Shown here one piece after another: positions 28,421-36,612 of a stretch of 64,000 nucleotides of DNA. The DNA lies in contig JBJMOW010000004.1 in NCBI GenBank assembly GCA_045803545.1, forward strand, positions 1,139,819 to 1,203,818, in the 5' to 3' direction. Under the pieces are notes generated by a model that ran no database searches, had not been told where the DNA came from, and worked only from the letters and a program-made list of their open reading frames with translations. Source of the stretch: Gemmatimonadaceae bacterium (lineage in GTDB: Bacteria; Gemmatimonadota; Gemmatimonadetes; Gemmatimonadales; Gemmatimonadaceae). The position numbers and the translations under genes are program-made. Position 1 is the stretch's first letter; the number at the start of each line of letters is the position of its first letter.

Positions 28421-28960
28421 ATGAACGCGACCCGTTTAGTACTGGCCGCGATGGTGCTGGGAACTGCCATCGGCGCTAACCAGGCAAATGCGCAGTGCAG
28501 TGGCAACGCTGGCAGCTGTAACTCGACCAACACCGTTTCTGCTACGGTTAACGCCCTGGTCAAACTGGGGATGAGTGCTGCTACCACGACCCTTTCTTCT
28601 CCCACGGCAGACCAGGTCGAAATCGGTGCAAACCTCCCCGACGCCGGCCCGACCTTCACCATCAAGGCGAACCGCAGCTGGACACTGAACGTCAAGACCA
28701 CCAACGCTTCAAACTGGACCTACGTCGGCACGAACAGCGGTACCAAGCCGATCAGCGATTTGACATGGTCCAACGCATTGGCTGGAACCTACGTCGGCAT
28801 GAGCAACACCGACGCGCTCTTCCTGTCTGGAGCAGCCGCGACTAACGGCGCGCCGGCACAGGTATTCTTCAAGACGGTCTGGGCAGCGGGCTTTACACAG
28901 CCGAGTAACGCACCAGGTACCTACAGCATGCCGGTAGTCTTTACTCTTTCGGCGCCGTAA
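28421..28960 (+). CDS. secreted beta-sandwich protein, fimbrial major-subunit-like (tentative)
   Basis: Signal peptide (ANA|Q), N-terminal Cys pair, TVSATV strand and C-terminal PGTYSMPVVFTLS. Confidence 0.55.
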   Translation: MNATRLVLAAMVLGTAIGANQANAQCSGNAGSCNSTNTVSATVNALVKLGMSAATTTLSSPTADQVEIGANLPDAGPTFTIKANRSWTLNVKTTNASNWTYVGTNSGTKPISDLTWSNALAGTYVGMSNTDALFLSGAAATNGAPAQVFFKTVWAAGFTQPSNAPGTYSMPVVFTLSAP

Positions 28961-29005
28961 TTCGGGCGACGATTGTAAAAACCAAACAGCGTCACTGAGG
29001 CATAT

Positions 29006-29374
29006 ATGATTCGCAGTAGGAAGGGCTTTACCCTAATCGAGCTTCTTATCGTCGTCGTGATTATTGGTATTCTGGCGGCGATTGCAATTCCTAAATTTGC
29101 CAACACGAAGGACAAGGCTTACGTCGCGCAGATGAAGTCTGACCTGCGCAACCTCGCGACCTACGAAGAGCAATACGCTGCCGACAACGGTGGTTCTTAC
29201 TTCGGTGGGACCGCGACGATGGCGGCACCACTACAGGGTTTCACGCCGTCGCAGAACGTAACGATCGTAGTGACGAACGTTGCCGGCCCGCCGCCTTCAT
29301 GGAGCGCGACCGCTACGCACTCAGTCTCGGCGCACACCTGCGATATGACCGGCGGAGTAATCACCTGCACCTGA
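29006..29374 (+). CDS. type IV pilin (prepilin with class III signal)
   Basis: KG|FTLIELLIVVVIIGILAAIAIPKF with E5, and a C-terminal Cys pair. Confidence 0.95.
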   Translation: MIRSRKGFTLIELLIVVVIIGILAAIAIPKFANTKDKAYVAQMKSDLRNLATYEEQYAADNGGSYFGGTATMAAPLQGFTPSQNVTIVVTNVAGPPPSWSATATHSVSAHTCDMTGGVITCT

Positions 29375-29395
29375 TTTTCGTAAGGATTTACTAAA

Positions 29396-29429
29396 GCGGG
29401 GATGGCCTAAGCCGTCCCCGTTTTTTTTT
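29396..29429 (+). terminator. intrinsic terminator
   Basis: gcggggatggc-ctaa-gccgtccccg followed by T9. Confidence 0.88.
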
Positions 29430-29467
29430 GTTTCCGATTTGTCGCTGTGTCCCGCTATGCTTAGCAA

Positions 29468-31669
29468 ATGCGCAAGATCGGGCTGAGCGTACTCGTCTTT
29501 GCATTTCTGGCCGCCGCGACCAGCAGGATGTTCGCGCAGGCGCCACTCGCAGTGCCCGCTCAGGATTCGGTCGCGTTGGCCGCGCTCATCAACGATGCGG
29601 CGCGGGTCAATGCGCAGATCCCCGGTCGATTGCGCGCATACCGCGCCCGCATTGAAACGGAGATGTCGATTGTCGTCCTGGACTCCGGCGGCCGCGAGCG
29701 CAGCACGCAAATTGAGCAGATAGTGAGCGATGTACGGTGGCGCGCGCCCGACCGTTACGACCAGCGCGTCGTCGGTTATCGCAGCCAGTCGATTGGACCG
29801 ACCTTCTCGCTGATGAGTTTCTTCGGCGGCTGGACAGTTCCGACTCTCTACGGCAACCGCCTGCAGCTCGGTGTCACTTCGTCGAGCGATCCGAACACAG
29901 TGGTGAACGCATCCCGGCAGAGTCTGGCGGTTCATCCGCTCGCCTTCAATCGCGATCAATACTACGTGTTCGCAGGCGGAGATACTGCGGTGACTCTGTA
30001 TTCGAGCGCGCGACGAATTCCAATCGCCCACATCCGCGTAACACCGCGCGCGCATCCGCCCGGCGACGCGATTCTCTTCATGGGCGACATGTACCTCGAC
30101 GCCGACTGGAAGCAGATCGTCCGCATGCGCGGACGTCTGGTTGAAGTACGCAACGGCAAAGTCACTATCAACGCCGGCAGCCGGATTCCCGGCGTCAGCG
30201 GTGCGTCGTTCGTCGAGCTGGTGAATCAGGAAGTCAACGGCGAATACTGGCTGCCCGCGTTTCAGCGAACGGAGATTCAGGCGCGCATCGCACTTTTCGG
30301 TGACTTCCGCACGCTGCTGCGAATTGTTTCCCGATTCGATGACTACCGCGCCAACGATTCCTCCTGGACCGGTCCCGAGGCGCCGGCTGGAGTGCGGCAC
30401 AATCTGACTTTCGCATCCAACTCTGCTCAACAGAGGTTCCGCGACTGGAGGAGGCCGATCGGAGCCGCCAGCGGCGACGTCTACTACGGCGAGCTCAACG
30501 ATCTAGCGCCCGCAGAGTGGCGCACCACAGCGGACGGGGGCCGCACTCGCTTCTGGCCGCGCACACTCGGCGAGGTTTTTCGTTTCAACCGCGTCGAGGG
30601 ATTGTTCACCGGCGTTGCCGTCGAACACGAATCTGGCGATTCGACGCAAATCACGACGCACGGCTCTCTGGGCTGGGCGTGGTCAGAGCAGGCCGCGCGC
30701 GGCCAGTTCGGGATTGAACGGCGCTCTGGTACCACGATAACCGGTCTGCGGCTCGAACGTACCCTCGCCAACACCAACGATTTTCAGGTGCCGTTCTCGT
30801 GGGGCGCGACGATTTCGGCGCTATTCGGTAGCACCGACAATTTCGACTATCTGGATCGCTGGGCGGCAAGCACCTCCATTCGCAAATCGCTTGGGCTCAG
30901 GCAGCGCTCACTCGTCTCGCTTCAGATTGGGCCCGGTCGCGATCGGGCGGTGCATCAGAATATCTCGCGCGGATTGTACGTCGCGCGCGGCGAAGGCTTC
31001 CGACCCAATCGCGGCATTCGCGAGGGCAATTATTTCCGCAGTGTCGCGTCGCTCGACGTGAATCCCGAAGTGAGCGGGATGTTCGTTGACCGCGGGATTG
31101 GGGGACGACTGTACTACGAGCGCGCGGACGGGACGGTTTACTGGCAGCGGCTCGAGCTGCGACTGGCTACACGTCGCGAGGTTGGCCCTTTTCAGCTCTA
31201 TGCACGGGGTGACGCGGGCACACTGCTCGGCAAACCCGCTCCGCAGGTGATGTTCGAGCTCGGTGGAGACGAGGGACTGACGGCATACAGTTACAAGGAA
31301 TTCGCGGGAGACAATGCAGCGCTGGGCCGGGCGGTGCTGGGTTATACCTTCCCGTTCCTGCGCGCGCCGATCCAGCTTCCGAGTCGTTTGATCGTTCCAG
31401 GATTCGCGCCCGGCGTTGCCGCAGGGATTCACGCCGGTTGGACAGAAATCTCCGGTCCCGCTGCTCAGCGCGCCCTGCTCGAGCTGGGCGCAACGATTGA
31501 TCCAGTGACTTTCTTACCGGTGCCTATTTCGCGGCCGACGGATGGCGTCCGAGCGTCGGCTGAGTTTCTGTTCACTTTGTTCAATGGCGCCGCTGCGGCT
31601 GGCGTGACTCGCGTCATCGATACGCACGGTCCCTGGAAGTTCACTGCGCGGATCGGTCAGGGCTTCTGA
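29468..31669 (+). CDS. hypothetical outer-membrane protein (DUF5686-like N-region plus C-terminal beta-barrel)
   Basis: Signal peptide, EVNGEYWLP, RFNRVEGL, amphipathic strands and C-terminal IGQGF. Confidence 0.6.
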   Translation: MRKIGLSVLVFAFLAAATSRMFAQAPLAVPAQDSVALAALINDAARVNAQIPGRLRAYRARIETEMSIVVLDSGGRERSTQIEQIVSDVRWRAPDRYDQRVVGYRSQSIGPTFSLMSFFGGWTVPTLYGNRLQLGVTSSSDPNTVVNASRQSLAVHPLAFNRDQYYVFAGGDTAVTLYSSARRIPIAHIRVTPRAHPPGDAILFMGDMYLDADWKQIVRMRGRLVEVRNGKVTINAGSRIPGVSGASFVELVNQEVNGEYWLPAFQRTEIQARIALFGDFRTLLRIVSRFDDYRANDSSWTGPEAPAGVRHNLTFASNSAQQRFRDWRRPIGAASGDVYYGELNDLAPAEWRTTADGGRTRFWPRTLGEVFRFNRVEGLFTGVAVEHESGDSTQITTHGSLGWAWSEQAARGQFGIERRSGTTITGLRLERTLANTNDFQVPFSWGATISALFGSTDNFDYLDRWAASTSIRKSLGLRQRSLVSLQIGPGRDRAVHQNISRGLYVARGEGFRPNRGIREGNYFRSVASLDVNPEVSGMFVDRGIGGRLYYERADGTVYWQRLELRLATRREVGPFQLYARGDAGTLLGKPAPQVMFELGGDEGLTAYSYKEFAGDNAALGRAVLGYTFPFLRAPIQLPSRLIVPGFAPGVAAGIHAGWTEISGPAAQRALLELGATIDPVTFLPVPISRPTDGVRASAEFLFTLFNGAAAAGVTRVIDTHGPWKFTARIGQGF

Positions 31670-31746
31670 TACCTGGGTGTAAGCTTCCTGAAAGGTGGCA
31701 CCCATTTTGTACGCGATTCGGCGTACGCCATCCAAATGAGGACTCT

Positions 31747-32424
31747 ATGACTTTGAAACAATCGGGGCGCGCAGTCAGCGCGTTTGTCGTTGCGGGTGCA
31801 GTAGTAATGAGTGGTTGCGCGGGAATGAGCCAGAAACAGCGCGGTGCTGTCATTGGCGCTACCGCTGGTGCAGCAGTCGGCGGAGTTGTCGGCAACCAAA
31901 CAGGTTCGACGGTTCGCGGTGCAATCATCGGCGCAATTGTCGGCGGTGCGGCCGGTGCGGTGATTGGACACCAGATGGACCAGCAGGCAAAGGAACTCGA
32001 GCAGACGATTCCGGGAGCGACAATTACCCGTGTCGGTGAAGGAATCGCGGTGACGTTCCCGTCGGGCATTCTCTATCCATTCAACTCGACCGAGATCCTG
32101 CCAGCGGGGAAGGACAATCTCAAACAGCTCGCTTCGAGTCTCGACAAGTATCCAAACTCCGATATCCTGATCGTCGGCCACACCGACAGTGTCGGAACTG
32201 ATGCCTACAATCTCGACCTGTCACAGCGTCGGGCCTTGGCCGCCAGTGCGTATCTGCAATCTCTCGGTGTTCCTGCGAGTCGACTGCAGACGGCCGGCAA
32301 AGGAAAAACTGAGCCGGTCGCCTCAAACGACACCGACGACGGCCGTCAGCGCAATCGCCGGGTAGAGATCGCGATCTACGCGAGTGAGGCCTATCGCAAC
32401 CAGGTGAAAAGTCAGAGCCAGTGA
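31747..32424 (+). CDS. OmpA-family lipoprotein with glycine zipper (YiaD-like)
   Basis: Lipobox MSGC, GAxxGA repeats, MDQQAKEL, GHTDSVG, LSQRRA and NRRVEI. Confidence 0.94.
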   Translation: MTLKQSGRAVSAFVVAGAVVMSGCAGMSQKQRGAVIGATAGAAVGGVVGNQTGSTVRGAIIGAIVGGAAGAVIGHQMDQQAKELEQTIPGATITRVGEGIAVTFPSGILYPFNSTEILPAGKDNLKQLASSLDKYPNSDILIVGHTDSVGTDAYNLDLSQRRALAASAYLQSLGVPASRLQTAGKGKTEPVASNDTDDGRQRNRRVEIAIYASEAYRNQVKSQSQ

Positions 32425-32438
32425 CGACTCTGACCCAT

Positions 32439-33227
32439 TCATTCACCTCCGCGACGTGTCCATAGCGCGAGTGTGGTACAATTCTCCTGACTGCTGCTCG
32501 CCACAAATGGTGGTGGCGGCAGCTGGCCAGGTGGATACACTTCGGCGCCGATGACTTCGCTTACCCGTATGAATGTCTCGAGGCTGCTGAGTGTCTTCCC
32601 GCGACGTGGTAGGCCATCGACGTAAGTCATGACACAGTTGAGCGGCGCCGTTGTGAAAGCGCTGCGACTGGAGAATGGGTTTTCCAACAGAACCGGTACG
32701 TGCCGGAAGATGTCGGAGAACTTGTGAGGGTGAATGGCTGCGATGTGTGCGGCGTCGAGGAAGTAGGCGCCGCGGCCAACATCTTCACGGGTGTTAAACC
32801 CGACGTTCTGCAAACGCGCCGAGTCCCGAGCCAACTGAGCTTCGGCGAAGACCACTTCGTCCGGTGTCAGCATCGCCACATCGATTGTGCTCGAGCCGGT
32901 GCCTCTCCGATTGACCGAGAAACGCGACACGGTCCGCATCGTAGCGTAACCCGCGTGCCGAGCGACCATCGTTCCTTGGCCAGGGGTCACGTCGTTCAGC
33001 TGATAATTTCCGTTGGCATTGGTCGTTGTAACTCCCTTGTTGCCCTCAATGAAGACCTCTGCATTTGCGATTGGGTTTCCATCGCTGCTGGTCACTCGAC
33101 CGGCCACAGTCACGGAACCCAGAGTGGATGGCATTAGTGACGCACTCTCGGTTAAGTAGGAGTTCTGTGCACATGCCACGAGCGCCAACGACACTGCGCT
33201 CGACTGAATCGCTCTGAATTTGAGCAT
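32439..33227 (-). CDS. lipoprotein with carboxypeptidase-regulatory-like domain plus TonB plug-like domain, no barrel
   Basis: LVAC lipobox, GRVTSSDGNPIANAEV...TNANGNY, GAYFLD...SDIFRHVP, CVMTYVDG, AEVYP and CTTLALWTR. Confidence 0.75.
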   Translation of the reverse strand: MLKFRAIQSSAVSLALVACAQNSYLTESASLMPSTLGSVTVAGRVTSSDGNPIANAEVFIEGNKGVTTTNANGNYQLNDVTPGQGTMVARHAGYATMRTVSRFSVNRRGTGSSTIDVAMLTPDEVVFAEAQLARDSARLQNVGFNTREDVGRGAYFLDAAHIAAIHPHKFSDIFRHVPVLLENPFSSRSAFTTAPLNCVMTYVDGLPRRGKTLSSLETFIRVSEVIGAEVYPPGQLPPPPFVASSSQENCTTLALWTRRGGE

Positions 33228-33365
33228 GCTACCTGCCTTTGGTGTTCGAGGCAGGTAAGGCATATGCCAAGCCGCCGCTCCGTAAGGACGCCGACAGGCC
33301 GTTTTTCTGGCGCGAGTCGTGCTTACAAACCCGGCAGTTTCTCATTCACTCATCGAGAGGTGACG

Positions 33366-33875
33366 ATGAACAAATCACGCTCGCGACTGATGGCTGGATT
33401 GGCAGCGCTAACGCTCGCGGGGTTCGCCGCGACCAGCTACGGTCAGAACACGAACACTCCGGCAACTACGGGCGGCAGCGTTTCAACGCCTGCGGATCAG
33501 TCAGCGCCTGCAGCACAGCCGGCCACTCCGACCGGATCGGCAAACACGCAGGCAGCACCAGCCGGTACTGGCACAGATGCCACCATCGGTACGTCTTCGC
33601 AGACGACCACGACTGCGTCCGATGTGACAACGACGCAGCCGGCAACCACCACGTTCTGGCTTACTGGCTGGGGCCTCGCGGCGATCGCAGTCGTAGCGAT
33701 TCTCCTGCTGTGGGCGATCTTTGGACGCAGGAACAGAACGGTTGTCAGCGACAACTATTCGACCAGCACTCGGAACTACGGCACAGCGCCGACGACCGAC
33801 CGGGTCGCCAGTCCGCAGGCTGCGTCTGGGACAGAAAGAACTACCAGAGTCACCGAGACCGATACGCGTCTCTAG
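33366..33875 (+). CDS. hypothetical Thr/Ala-rich membrane protein
   Basis: GAGG RBS, signal peptide, low-complexity stalk, TM (WGLAAIAVVAILLLWAIF) followed by GRRNR. Confidence 0.65.
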   Translation: MNKSRSRLMAGLAALTLAGFAATSYGQNTNTPATTGGSVSTPADQSAPAAQPATPTGSANTQAAPAGTGTDATIGTSSQTTTTASDVTTTQPATTTFWLTGWGLAAIAVVAILLLWAIFGRRNRTVVSDNYSTSTRNYGTAPTTDRVASPQAASGTERTTRVTETDTRL

Positions 33876-33898
33876 TCGCTGAATCTCGGTGGGTTAAC

Positions 33899-33935
33899 AA
33901 AAAAGTCCTGAATCGGCAACGATTCAGGACTTTTT
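33899..33935. terminator. bidirectional intrinsic terminator (end of tRNA operon)
   Basis: A6-gtcctgaatcg-gcaa-cgattcaggac-T5. Confidence 0.9.
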
Positions 33936-33939
33936 CGCA

Positions 33940-34013
33940 CGCGCCCGGAGAGACTCGAACTCCCAACCTTTTGATCCGTAGTCAAATGCTCTATCCAATT
34001 GAGCTACGGGCGC
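33940..34013 (-). tRNA. tRNA-Arg(ACG)
   Basis: GCGCCCGTAGCTCAATTGGATAGAGC-ATTTGA-CT-ACG-GA-TCAAA...GTTCGAGTC. Confidence 0.97.
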
Positions 34014-34095
34014 AGGTTACTGCTGCGAACTACGAACTGCGGACGTTTCGAGATGCGAACTGAAGTGGGTATTTCCACTTCAAACATCTCAAGGA

Positions 34096-34169
34096 TGGGC
34101 GGTACAAGACTCGAACTTGTGACCTCCACGATGTCAACGTGGCGCTCTAACCAACTGAGCTAACCGCCC
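34096..34169 (-). tRNA. tRNA-Val(GAC)
   Basis: GGGCGGTTAGCTCAGTTGGTTAGAGCG-CCACG-TT-GAC-AT-CGTGG...GTTCGAGTC. Confidence 0.97.
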
Positions 34170-34181
34170 GCATCTACCGAG

Positions 34182-34254
34182 AGCGGGAAACGGGACTCGA
34201 ACCCGCGACCCCAACCTTGGCAAGGTTGTGCTCTACCAACTGAGCTATTCCCGC
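34182..34254 (-). tRNA. tRNA-Gly(GCC)
   Basis: GCGGGAATAGCTCAGTTGGTAGAGCA-CAACC-TT-GCC-AA-GGTTG...GGTTCGAGTCC. Confidence 0.97.
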
Positions 34255-34329
34255 GAAAACAAAAGTTCTTGGAGCTACGGTGACTCGAAGTGGCGTTTCC
34301 TGTGACGCGCGCCGTCTTCGCTGCCGTCA

Positions 34330-34402
<73 letters not shown>

Positions 34403-34445
34403 GGCATTTCCTGAGGGCTCACATGCGGCCCGACAGGAACCGCGA

Positions 34446-34474
34446 AGGATATCCAAGGGTAGTATCGAAGTCAA
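34446..34474 (-). promoter_or_regulatory. sigma70 promoter of the Ala-Gly-Val-Arg tRNA operon
   Basis: TTGACT, 17-bp spacer, TATCCT. Confidence 0.7.
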
Positions 34475-34670
34475 GAAATTCGCTATGGCAAAAACGTCAA
34501 CGGCCAGTATCTTGCAGCGCTTTTACAACCTGAAATTTTCGATCAGTCAGAGACGCATTTTGGTAACGCGTTTCCGGGTTGTCGAAGCAACTTCACTCGC
34601 TCGCATTGCTGGCCCGTGTGGGACTGCATTCGAAAGGCTTTTAACAAGTACGACCTGAGGTGTGACATAA

Positions 34671-35555
34671 ATGGCTGAAGTAAAGCGTCGCCGCAAAACG
34701 GCCGTCGCCGGAATAGCTCCGAATGAACCCGAGAGAGACATTCTCGATCAATACCTGTACGAGGTGAGCACGTATCCGCTGCTCAAAGGTACAGAGGAGA
34801 TCGAGGTTGCCCGTCGGATTCGTGCCGGCGATCCCGACGCACTCCAGGAGCTCGTCCAGCGCAATCTGCGTTTCGTCATCTCGGTGGCGAAGAAGTATCA
34901 AAACCGCGGCATGCCGCTCATCGATCTGATCGGTGAAGGCAACGTCGGTTTGCTCACTGCTGCTCGTAAGTTCGATCCGGATCAGGGCGTGAAGTTCATC
35001 TCGTACGCTGTGTGGTGGATTCGTCAGGCGATTCTCTCGTCGCTGGCGCGCCAGGGCCGCACCGTGCGTGTTCCGCTGAATCGCACCGCCGATCTCTCGC
35101 GCATTATCAAGGCGTCAGAGATTCTGCGTCAGAAGATGCGGAGAGAGCCAACTCCGGAAGAGTTGTCGCACCTCACCGGTCTTTCGGTTGATGTCGTGCA
35201 GTCGCTCGCCGCGCTCAACACCGGCGACGTCCGTCTAGACGCGCCGATGGATCCGGAAGGCGATCGCTCATTGATCGAGCGTTTCGTCGCCGACGAGATG
35301 CCCGACACCGAGGAAGAGGCGATGAACCGCTTCCTCAATGACGAAATCGAGACGGCGCTCTCCACGCTGCCTCCACGTGACGCGAAAGTTCTCCGACTGT
35401 ATTTCGGTCTCGAGGGTGGACGCGAGCACACGCTCGAGGAAATTGGTTCGCTGCTCGGCGTCACGCGTGAGCGTGTTCGTCAGCTTCGCGATCGCGCGTT
35501 GAAGAGACTGCGCGAAGGAGACGTTGGTCGCGCGCTAGGTTCGTTCGCGGCGTAA
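34671..35555 (+). CDS. sigma70-family factor, RpoD/RpoS-like, lacking region 1.1
   Basis: LDQYLYEV, NLRFVISVAKKY, DLIGEGNVGL, FISYAVWWIRQ and TLEEIG...TRERVRQ. Confidence 0.94.
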   Translation: MAEVKRRRKTAVAGIAPNEPERDILDQYLYEVSTYPLLKGTEEIEVARRIRAGDPDALQELVQRNLRFVISVAKKYQNRGMPLIDLIGEGNVGLLTAARKFDPDQGVKFISYAVWWIRQAILSSLARQGRTVRVPLNRTADLSRIIKASEILRQKMRREPTPEELSHLTGLSVDVVQSLAALNTGDVRLDAPMDPEGDRSLIERFVADEMPDTEEEAMNRFLNDEIETALSTLPPRDAKVLRLYFGLEGGREHTLEEIGSLLGVTRERVRQLRDRALKRLREGDVGRALGSFAA

Positions 35556-35575
35556 CAACTCCGAAGAGGCAAAGG

Positions 35576-35605
35576 AAAGGGCCGAGCGTTCGCTCGGCCC
35601 TTTTT
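35576..35605 (+). terminator. intrinsic terminator
   Basis: aaagggccgagcg-tt-cgctcggccc-T5. Confidence 0.88.
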
Positions 35606-35613
35606 GTTTGATA

Positions 35614-35790
35614 ACTACCTCGCTAAGCGCTGATCGCTCCACGCTGTTAGCTGACCGCTGCTTGCAACGGGACAGGTCTCCGTTGCGAAAAGGGGCCACA
35701 GCACGCGTTTCCTCCACTCCGCCACGATCTGTCCCGTCGCCGGCAGCGCCAAGCGGTCAGCGTGGAGCGATCAGCGCTCAGCGAGGTAGT
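35614..35790. repeat. 177-bp long imperfect palindrome (REP/MITE-like)
   Basis: 33-bp arms 35614-35646 and 35758-35790 with one mismatch; inner arms acgggacaggtc/gatctgtcccgt. Confidence 0.75.
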
Positions 35791-35857
35791 GCGCTTTTCA
35801 AGTCCGCAGTCGGATCGCGGCCCTTCCCCTCACAAACAGTCTCCCCATATTTGTGAC

Positions 35858-36610
35858 GTGATCAAGCTCATCGATGTTCACAAGGCATTCGGGCCGAAAG
35901 TCGTCCTCGATGGCTTCTCGTTGGAGGTCGACGAGGGCGAGACGATGGTCCTAATCGGGTATTCCGGAACCGGAAAATCCGTCGCCATCAAGCACATCGT
36001 TGGGCTCCTCGAGCCAGATAGCGGGACTGTCTGGGTCGACAATAAGGAAGTTCCCACACTCAAACGCGATGAGCTCTACGAGCTCCGCTCCAAGATCGGC
36101 TACGTCTTCCAGTTTGCCGCGCTCTTCGACTCGCTCAACATCGGCGACAACGTCGCGATGGGCTTGCGCAAAGAGGGGAGGCTTTCCGAGCGCGACATCA
36201 TGACCCGCGTCGGCGAGGCGCTCGAGCTGGTCGATTTGCCCGGCGTCGAGTCGAAATACCCGGCCGAACTGTCCGGCGGCATGCGCAAACGGGTCGGCAT
36301 CGCGCGCGCAATTGCCCGGCAGCCCAAGTACATCATGTACGATGAGCCGACGACCGGACTCGATCCGGTCACCAGCGCCATCATCGATCAGTTGATGATT
36401 CGCATGCGAGAGCGTCTCGGCGTCACCAGCATCGTCGTCACCCACGACATGCGAAGCGCTTACACCATCGGCTCACGTATCGCGATGCTCTTTGAAGGGA
36501 AGTGTCGCCAGGTCGGTACGGTGGAAGAGATTCAGCACACCACCGATCCAGTCGTCCGGCAGTTCATAGAAGGGAAGCCCGACCTCGACACTGTCGACGC
36601 GGGCGTCTGA
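35858..36610 (+). CDS. mlaF: MlaF/Mkl-family ABC ATP-binding protein
   Basis: GYSGTGKS, FQFAALFDSL, LSGGMRKRVGIARA, YDEPTTGLDP, VTHD and DPVVRQF. Confidence 0.9.
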   Translation: MIKLIDVHKAFGPKVVLDGFSLEVDEGETMVLIGYSGTGKSVAIKHIVGLLEPDSGTVWVDNKEVPTLKRDELYELRSKIGYVFQFAALFDSLNIGDNVAMGLRKEGRLSERDIMTRVGEALELVDLPGVESKYPAELSGGMRKRVGIARAIARQPKYIMYDEPTTGLDPVTSAIIDQLMIRMRERLGVTSIVVTHDMRSAYTIGSRIAMLFEGKCRQVGTVEEIQHTTDPVVRQFIEGKPDLDTVDAGV

Positions 36611-36612
36611 TC

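Noticed and set aside
28097..33935. tRNA-bounded genomic island between tRNA-Pro and tRNA-Arg
   Set aside because: No integrase, no duplicated tRNA 3' end and no clear compositional break in the coding regions.
35614..35790. 6S RNA identity for the long hairpin
   Set aside because: The size fits, but there is no central bubble and the outer stem is near perfect. Retained only as an unclassified palindrome.
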